Part shown: positions 39,401 through 50,200 of the stretch, in pieces
Layout of the letters: every line of letters begins with the position of its first letter
How positions within the stretch are numbered: the stretch's first letter is position 1
NCBI GenBank assembly: GCA_964247055.1
Contig: OZ176054.1
Coordinates: forward strand, 10,230,001 to 10,294,000
Length of the DNA: 64,000 nucleotides
From: Paragordius varius
Lineage: Eukaryota > Animalia > Nematomorpha
Reading direction: 5' to 3'
The notes under the pieces: generated by a model
Seen by the model: the letters and a program-made list of their open reading frames with translations, nothing else
Databases searched by the model: none
What the model was told of the DNA's origin: nothing
Translations under genes and position numbers: made by a program

Positions 39401-42400
39401 TGAATAAATATATTATAAATAAAGGAAATTAGATTAATAAATAATAAAATAAAAAAATAAATGCAAAAATTATGGTTAAATGAAATCTTAAAAATTTTAA
39501 GGACCATTTTGAAGTGTTCAAGGACCACTTGAATAAGGACCAACTTGAACTGTTCAAGGACTTTCTTGAAGTGTAAATGGGATATTATATTTCCAAATAA
39601 TGCCTATCAACAAAGAAATTCACAACAATTTAAAAAAATGTTTTAAAATAATAAGACTAATTTTTATATACAGTATGAGTAAATATATATTGCTAGAAAG
39701 TTATATTGCCAAATAGGATATGCAGCAAAGAGATTATTATTGGCTAATAATATTAAAAAGTAAAAAAAAATAATTATAATTTAATAATACTGCCCTTTGT
39801 ATATGCTATTTGGCAATAAATAATAACGTTCTAGCAATGTATACTTATACTTGCTGGCAAATTTTGTTAAAAAAGCTTAAAATATTTACGAGTAAATTAG
39901 GTGCGAAGACTTATAATTGGGTAAGTAAATCAAATTATGAAAAATTTTGTAAAAATAAAATTTTTCTATATTTTTTCCCAATTACTAAAATATCAGCAAA
40001 ATAAAATTATTTTTATAGGTAATTTTAAAAAAATATTAGAGTTCACAGCATGCCAATTTTAAATTAAAAAGTTAAATATACCAATTTTGTAGATTTGCTC
40101 TTTTCTGCATTTCGATTTCCTTAAATAATAGATAGACTAATATAATTGGCTAAAATATTTATTTTGCTAATATAGAAAAACTTTACAAATCTAATATCTT
40201 TTTTCATATTTAAGTAATAATTATATTATAAGCAAAATATCGACATGGGTTATATTAAAATTATTTTTCTACAGCCTTACTACATCATCAACCAATATTT
40301 ATTAAATTTAATAATATGATATGATATACAGATGAGTTTTTCAACGACGACCCAGTAGAAGAGGGAGAAAACGTTTTAGGTAACTTTTTTATATTTTTCA
40401 AAACAATAAGTTATACGGATATTTTGAACAATATAATTCTTTTAATCTGCTTGACATTACTTAATAGGGTTAGTATTTCATGCGAAAGCAATAGATTATT
40501 CTTTTGCCAAAATCTTGTTAAAAAACATAACGCTTAAAAATTACTGCTAGTTTAAATATATATTATGGCCAAATTCAGCAAAAATGTAATTTTAAATTAA
40601 ATTGGGTATGTCGAATTTAGAATCCGAATGTAGAAGTTACCTCAGATAAATATTAAAAATATTTTTTTTAATTTTATTTATTCAATAAATATAAATGGCT
40701 AAATCTATTTCATTTAGTTTTGTAATAAGAAATTTAGCTTTGTGTTTTAATGAGCTACGTTAGGAAGTGAATAAAATGCAAAAATATATTTATGTTAAAA
40801 TCAATAGTAATAGATTTAATTTTGTAGTTCTGAAAATTTTACTAAATTTGATTTGATTTTAAAAATGCATTTTTGCACACACGCTTTTTTATTTAAAACA
40901 GCTGATTGACCCGTTCAATACCTAACACGAAAAAACAATAATTTTATGATTAATTCAACCCAATCAACATTACAATAATATTTTTTTTAAAATATAAAGC
41001 AATTTAAACTATAGAAGTAACAGTGTAACTCACTATATTTTTAAATAAACGCTTTTTCTTCATTATAGGTACTAAAACATGTTTAAAAACATAAAGTCAA
41101 TGAGCTAGTTCACAAAAGCTTTTAATACTGATATTTAATACTTTTTTGAAAATCCCATATACACTTTTTTCCGAGTTTTATGCAATACTTTTGATTTTAT
41201 TATAAAAATTTTATTTAGTTTAGACCCTTTACTTTATAAATGTAGAATCTTAATAAATCTTATTAATTAAGTAATATTTTTATTATATATTTGTTTGATT
41301 CAAATTGAATGCTTAAAATCAGTTTTTTGGTTTAACATGCCAAAATTATTTTCGCTTAACGCTGGTAATTTAAAATTAGGTAAACTACATTTTTGGCGCT
41401 AAATTTGGTTTACTATAAATATAATATATATATTACTAAAGTATTATATATTTAAATCATCACTATAATCTTGGGACAAAAAACACTATACGTTACTTAT
41501 AAAAAAATTATTTAAAACTTTTAAGGCGGAATGAATTATACAGACCTTTCAAATGATGATGATGCTGATATATATCAATATGTAGATTACTTCATTGTCC
41601 AATATAATTTAACGTAGATTTGAATTTTTCCTTCGCATACTTTATTATCATATTGTGATCGTTGTAATTGACAAATTAAAAAAATTATTTTCCTACAGTT
41701 ATAGAAAATGTCCAGAATGCAGATGTGATGATGGATAATATTGAAAAAATGTTAGAGGAATTTATGCATCCGGCTTTACACCATCCATTGTCTCCCATAC
41801 CTGAATTAGACGAGGCTCTTGATAGTCCGCCTGCTGAATGGAGTACATTTTTAATTGTTTTTTTTCTATTTTTATAAAGTTGACGTTGGGTGTGTTTTTA
41901 CATAGCGACTTGAGATGCCAGTATCAAAAGATAGTTTCCAAAAAAATATGTTAAATATAAAGCGCATGGCCAAATTTTTGTTAAATATTAATTGATTCAT
42001 GTTTGTTTTCAGTATAATATCAATTATTTTTACTGCCTTGGTTGTTTATTTATATATAATATTTTAGATCAAGTCAACGAAAACGAAGGTAAGTTTTTAC
42101 AAAAATTAAAAATCATTGTTAATTATAAAAAAATAACCAGTTTAGCTCTAATTTTTTAAGGATAAGGATTGATTTTATAAATTATGAAAGCTTTAACATT
42201 CGCTTGTCCAGAGATGTGATGATAAATTTTTTTTTAAAGTTTTAACTCTGCACACACTAAAGCTAAGCATGACACCTTAATTATTGCTTTTATTATTTGA
42301 TAAGCATTATACTTAAATTCCCAATGATTTTTATTTTTTTGGAATATTACAGTTTAACAAAATTTAATAAACATACCATGTAAGATTGTAAAACTTGACT

Positions 42401-45400
42401 TTGTTTATGAAAATATATTTTATAAATTTTTATTTAGAAATTTTGAATGCAGTGAATCCGAATGGTACTTAAATAAAAATAATATATAGCGGAACTTGAA
42501 GCATGGCTGAGTGATGTATCAAGTATATATACTTCATATTTCATAAATGACATTAATATTTGTAGTCATAGAGGCATATCACAAAATAGATTAAAAATTT
42601 ATATAGTTTACCATATTTTGCCTTAATTTTAGATAATGTTTTTTAGGTGGCAAAATAAAGAATATATATTTTAATAAAACATTCAATTATATATTTAACA
42701 ATTGTATACATTTTATGTAGAAAAAATTATGGATTAAAAGATATTATTTCTCAAAAGATGTCTTTTTACTATATAGGCATTGCATCAGAAGATTTCAATG
42801 CAGGTATGTATAAATATTTATTATTTTTAATTAAACAGATTATTAACCAATTTAACACTTAAATTATCGAGGATGAAAAAAGGAACGACCATTTTTGTAG
42901 AGAATTTTTTCTGACACCATCATCAAATATAACACTGTGCGCAAACAAAATTTTTTATGAATTATAACCAGCATTCTTTTGCCGGATTTTATTTGTTGAC
43001 GACTTTGTTTGTAAAATAATTATGTAATTTTTAAGGATCAAAAGGTTATTTAAAAATATAATTATAACACTTGAATTATTAATAAAATTATCACATTTTA
43101 TTGCATATAAATAGTTTAGAATCTTATAGCTAGGGTTTAAAGTTTTAGCAAAAAAAGTTTTTTTCTTAACATAAATACATAATTCAAATTTTATTATGAA
43201 ATATAAAATATTTTTTTTCATTATTAGCTTAACCACTATTAAATCATAACATTGAGTGTATAATAAATTTAGGGTATTTTAAAATCTTACATAAGCAATA
43301 TATGAATCAATACAAAATAGGATTTACAAGTAAATATCAACAGGTTCGTATGAATCCCAGTAAAATTATTATCTTGTTATACAAACTTGTAACTGGGATT
43401 TGTAAGATTATTGGTTGATATTCCACAACTTGTAAATCCTGTTTATTTATTTATACTTTGAAATTTCGGCTCATATCAGACACCATAATAAATCACTAAA
43501 TTAATTTGACTCACAAACCAGATGATGATAATAATTATTATGTAATGATTTTTCATTAATATATAAGTTTTTTAAATGAATAAAATATGATTTAATATTG
43601 AGCTCTCTAGTAAATAATAAAATAATATTTAAATGAAGTTATATAACATTTAAATTATGTATTAAGTATAAAGAAGCATGATATTTAATCAGAGTTTTAT
43701 AAAACCCCAACTATAGATTTTAGACTACTATTATAAATATGTGATAATATGATAATAAATTTTAGTCTACTAAGTTTTATAGTTATTTAAATCATCCTTA
43801 TTTTTTACTTTTTGCCCAATTTTAATTTTCTCACAATATTTTTAAAACTAGGTCGTCAACAATGTTTGGGGTAAATGAATTCGCTGGTTATTACCCCGTG
43901 AAAAAATTTTGTTAAAATAAATTGACCCTCTTTTTTGCCAGTGTAATATGTCGATCATATCTTTTCAAGAGGATAGCGTCTTCTGTCTTTCAGAGGTTGT
44001 GTTCGACTCACAAACTGCATCTGTAATTTCCTCAAGTATTGTCTCAACCGACTTCTTTAATTGATTCGTGTGTTTTAGATGAGTTTTATTACCATCCTTT
44101 GTATTGTAGGATAACAAATGTCCCCTTAATCACTTTCCATTATGTATAAATAAGTATAAGACATTATGTCAAAAAATATAATTGGCATTGATCAAGCATT
44201 ATTATATTATAAAGTTAAGTATATGGTAGTATAAAAAATTTATATAGGGATATCTCCCGATCACATTAAAATGGCAATAAATAAAAAAAATGATTTTTTA
44301 TATAATTATTGCAATTTAATTTATTCGGGACAGATTTAATATATTTTTAATTAATTTTATCATTTTTGGCTAGTACCATACATTTTCAATATAAGATTGG
44401 CTGCCTTTAATTTACTAGAATATTTTATAGAATGTAAATCTTTTTAATAATTTATATACAATTAAGGTTATTAGTTCTAACCCAAACAAACCCCTTAAAA
44501 TATATATTAACCCATTGCACACCCTTTATAATGATCACGATTAAGAAAAAATACATGGTGATATATCCATCATAACCATTTTATCCGATTTGTTAACATT
44601 AAATCATTCATTATCTTCAGTTTTAGTTAATCTGAAATATTAAATTGTATTTAAAAAAAGAAAAAACTGGGAGGGTGTACCCAACTTTTTGCCATAATCA
44701 TATTTAAAAATCGGAAAATGCAATTTAATTAGCAAAGGCTAGTTAATTAAATAGCACTTTTTAATTTTATAACTACTAACGCGCTATATTTAGGGTAATG
44801 AATGTTTAATTTTCTTATTTATGGATGGTCAAAAATTTTTATTATAAAAGTTTTATTTTAATTTAAAATGGAAAAACTTTTCAATATCATATATAATATA
44901 AACATTTATTTAACTTTGTAATTGAAGTTTATAAAGCCATGTGATTTTTTTAATATTTGTATTAGAGTTTTGCGCTCTACCTTCTTAGCCTTTAGAAAAC
45001 ATGTGATATTTCGGTAATTGAGAGGGAATTGAGATTACTTTAAAATTATATATGCGAGCTTATATTTATTTATCTATATCACGTTCCATAATTGACTACA
45101 TGATATAAATGTATATTCGCAATTTATCAATATCACAATTTAGCTATTGAAGGACTACAATTTGGTAAATATTTAATGACTAACATTTAACTTACCGTAA
45201 TTAGCTTCGGTATGAAACAACTAAACAATTAATAATAAAAAATGAAAAATAATTTAAAAAATTCACATAACATTATGGACACAATTTTTTAAGTAATAAA
45301 AATAAGCGAATGTTTCCATTATTATACCGCCTTTAATTATAATCCTAAAATTATTATTAAATTAAAATTTAGCTTATATTATGAAAACCCCAATGATAGC

Positions 45401-47239
45401 CTAATGTTAGTATTCCATAGCAGATTTAATATATGCAAGTTTGAAATGAGTGAAAACAATAAAAATGCGATAGACTGAATTATTAGAAATTATAAAAAAA
45501 TATTATTATGCATAAACCACAATATACCATTTACTGTTATAATTCACTTTTAAACAATTCAAATTCACCCTTGAGCAATTCAAATTCACCCTTGAACAAT
45601 TCAAATTCACCCTCAAACAATTAATTCACCCTAAAAATTATTTATGAAACTTCGGTCTAATATAACTTATCATTAAAACTAAATATATTTTTATGGCAAA
45701 GTTTATTATTTTTTCAGTATTATTTTGATTACATACAAAATTTCTTTTTTTATAAATATAAAAAATATAGTTAATATATAATCTTAAAAAACACATAATT
45801 TATTTTAGGGTGAATTTAAATTGTTCGAAGGTGAATTTGAATTGTTTAAGGGTGAATTCGAACTGTAAATGGTATACAATTGTTTTAACTTAACGCGCAA
45901 CGAATTAATACTACTATAAGTCTTTATTAAATATGATATGCTTAGCCGTTATTAAAAATGGGATGAAAACATGAAATGAGGTGGAATGGCGACTTTTAAA
46001 AAAAACAAATAATAATTTATATGTATTAAAATTGAGATATAAAATATTAAACTAGTTAAATGATAGTATTATTTTATTTTTTATACATTCTCTAAAATGT
46101 GATTGATTAAATAAGATTTGGAGCTTATGGCTGATGTTTTAAGCGATAGTGAAGAATCCGAGATGGAAGCAGAAAGTTTGATTCCAGAAGAAGATGAAGC
46201 TGGTATGTTTCAAACTGTTAAATATTTAGGTCCATCCGATCCAAATAGAAATAGACCACGTCCAGAGGACACCTCTTCTGATGAGGAGCCTGATGAAAAG
46301 AGACGTATTCTTTCTACAAATAATATATATAAAATTATTCATTCACATCAATCGATTCCTAATAGAATAAAAATAAACCTAAAGATAGATATATTGTTTA
46401 AGATTCATTTTCTTGGAAAACCTGAAAATCCATAACTAAGAGTAAACATAAGTGACATTATCTTTTATTTTAATCCCGTCCCCCGTATACCATGATTAAA
46501 AAATTAGATGTAAAAGTTGTGGATAATATAGCGGTATATAAATTTTTTATTATATTAGCTAAAGTATCGGATAAACAACCCAATGAAAACGTTCCTAAAG
46601 AAGAAGGTATATTATAATATTAAAAGTTTCTAATGAGTCTGATTATCTCATTTTATCAAATAATTGTCAATTAATCAATTTATTAGATAACAAACAGGGC
46701 TCAAATAAGAAAAAGGATAAGGGTATTAAACCGCCAAGACCTGGTAATAAAATTTATTTCCAATTTATGCTTTAAATATTATTTTAAAATATTTTTTTGT
46801 TCTGAATATAGGTAGAAATAATGGCAGAAATAATGGGAGAAGCAATGGTAGAGAAACAAGATTAGATGGTAGAAATTCAGGTAATGTATTCTATGAGATA
46901 GGAAACTTATATCAAAAAATATATTAATTTTGATTCCAAAATATAATTATAAAAAGATATGGTATCATCATGAGGGTCTCACTTTTTATCCTAATTACTT
47001 TAAAATTGGTAATGCCTTGTCCAGCGAATTATGATTGAATAATTTTATTTAGTACCGAAATCGATTCCCAAAATTCCAACTGGTGTTCAAAGTTCCCTTT
47101 TAGGAGCCTTAAGTGGTAAAATATAATATTTAATGAAATTGAATTCGACGACTATTATACAACATATATTTTAATGATATTTAGCAAAATTGGCTTTTGG
47201 TATGACATAAAATTATATATCGTGAGATTGATTATAATG

Positions 47240-47272
<33 letters not shown>

Positions 47273-50200
47273 TATATATACATATATAAATTTATATTAA
47301 TTTTATAGTTGGCAAAGGTAAAAGTATACATTATTTTATAAAAAAATTTTTTTTAACCAAACACATACATATAGGCGGACTCTTGGCTGGAGGTTTTATT
47401 TTTATTGTAATTTTAATTATTTAGGATTTTTAGCAACTACAATCGGAGGTATATGAAACAGTATAGTTTAAGGTTTAATTGGAGGTCTCGTTGGATCAAA
47501 AGGATTATCTTTCTCAAGTGAGAATATATTATTTGACAGTTTTTGGTTGTTAAATGGTCATTTGTTTCACTAAAAAATCATGATAAATTTTTTGCCCCTT
47601 TAATATAAACGTTTTCAATTGCTTTAAGTTGACACGTTGAAACTATCGGTTTTTATAATGTAATTTTTATAAAATTCGAATTTTAAGACACATTTGATTG
47701 CCATATGTAGAATATCGAATTACACTGCTTTTGAAATAATGTATAGTCAGCTAATGCTTTCTTTTATGTAGACAACAACCAAGATGTATCAATTTCCAAC
47801 ACAGAAAGTATGTATTTACATGCACCTTATGTAATTATATTACTTTTATATGCCAAAACTAATTTTTGTGCTGCATGAATATAGCAACCAATAATGGTAA
47901 AATGTATCATAAAATTTTTAGTAACTAGTTTTATCATAAAAGTTCCCTTAAACTCATCCTTCCAAGCAGGTAAAACTTTTCATGTAACTTAATATGTTAA
48001 TAGGTACGACAGTTGAGCCATATGACGGTAAAATAATATGTGATAAAAAATAGATACTGAAGAAAATATATACTTTTCTGATTCCAACGTAACTTCAACC
48101 ATCATCTCACAAACTGATGATTGTCTCTCGATCAAAATTGATGTACCCAATACGGGTTAATACATTTATCTTTTTATTATTAATATTATAAAATATTTTT
48201 ACTGAATCGATTATATTTGGGTAACGATACTATCCATATATATCCCATTAAAATTTTGAAATGAATGGAAATAATCATGTTACATTGGTTGGCTTTCATG
48301 CCAGAAAGTATTAATTGTTACTTGAAATTTAAATGTATATTTTACAAGCATTATATTAATTATTTTTTATATAGTGGTATTAACCAGGGATTGGAACCGG
48401 AACCGTTTTTGGTTCCAGTCCAAGATCACTTTTTTTGCTTATGATTCCGGAAGAAAAATTCATTTACTCAATTATATATAAAGCGAGACATATATGGCTT
48501 GAGTATTATGCCGGATTTTTTTGTTTGCCCGCTTAAAACCCATTTATAATTAGAACAGGAAAAGACCTGGGTTTTTATCGCCTAAAAATGTCAATTTTTC
48601 CAAAATTTGGGGTTATTTTAAAGGTAAAAGTACCCAAAATCTATTATTTAAAATAAAAAAAATAAAATTTATATATCCCAAAAACAGTACGGAACACACC
48701 CGAGTTGCGAAATCGTAAAGTAAAAAATTTCCATGCGAAAAACAGCTTATCTAAACACATTACATTAAATTATATTAAATACAATATCTGTAAGTATTAA
48801 TTCACAAACTTCATAAAATCGTTAATGTTTTGATAATGCAACTTTTCCCTAAAAATTATATAAATCAGTTTACTTTCATTTTAAATATGTGTTAGGAAAA
48901 CTAACAAATAACGTTTTACATATGTATAATTGTATAAATAGTTGAAAAAAATAAAAAATATGATTTAAAAGATGGGAATTGTAAAAAAATTGTTAAAAAA
49001 GAAAAATGAAACCGTTTTCGGAAAAATAGATGTTTTTAAAACGGTGCCGAAAAAAAGCAAATGATTCTGGTTCCACAAAAACGGTTCCGGTTCTAATCCC
49101 TGGTATTGACCCATTTAGCTAAAATTAAAAATGTATGCGTAATTTAAGTTATATTACTGTTAATTCGTACTTTTACCAATATTTTGAAAAAAATACTGTA
49201 ATTTCCCTTTTTCCAAGCTGCGTGCTCTTAATGTAAGAAGTGATAGTAACTAAAAAAATAACTAATGGATCTTACAAAGGTTATTTATGATGTCAATTTG
49301 AATGACCTGCTGGAAATCTAAAAATATATGCACCTTAAATTTTTTTAGTAAAATATTTATATTCTATGACAATATGCCCATAATTTGGTGCAACTAAAAA
49401 AACACAGGCATAAAGTATGTTATATTTTTAAAAAATTGAGACGTATATTAGTAAGCAAAGTTATTTTATCAATTATTAAAATATTTATTACTATATACAT
49501 ATACAGTGTTGGAGAAAAGAAACTGCTTTGACCGAAAAGCATCCATTTATGGGATTCAAGGTTATGATATGTGGATTGAGGATGGGGAAAATGGAGCAAA
49601 TTATATTTTTGAATATGAATTATCGCTAGTACCAGATCAGAATGGCAGGGTTGTTTTCAACATGTATGGTAAGAAGAGGATAACACGAATGAATTATTTG
49701 GTATGCAGATATTTTGTAATAACATCCTTTTATAGTAAAATAATTATCTTATAACAGGCAAGCATTATAATGCTTGCCTGTTATAAGATAAATTAATAAG
49801 GCTGTAATTTAGCGCGTTGTGAAATTTTTTTTTTGTTCGGTAGATGTTGTTGTAATCTAACATTAAAATATTCAACCCGACATTAAATACACCTCTATAA
49901 TATTTTGCAAAATATCGATAACTGCATTCTAAATTTTATTTGCGGAAAGTTAAATATTTTATCACTCTTTTGTGCCACTATAAAAATATTAATAATATAC
50001 AGAATAGGTAAGTATACACTGCTAGTTTTCAATTATATAAAATATATATTATTGGCTAAAATAAAGAGCAAACTATAAACAAATAATATTGCTCTTTTAA
50101 CGCTATCTGGCTATAATTAATAAGTAGTGATTAACCCATAATGTAGAAAAATGAAAGACACATACAAGAGTACTATTACAAATTGATACCTGAAAATACG

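Noticed and set aside
39036-39543. ORFs containing SLNTSSWSLNISSW-type repeats
   Set aside because: Translation of MITE B arrays.
46118-46435. 105-aa acidic ORF as a stand-alone gene
   Set aside because: It comprises two gene 2 exons, the 27-nt intron and downstream intron read-through.
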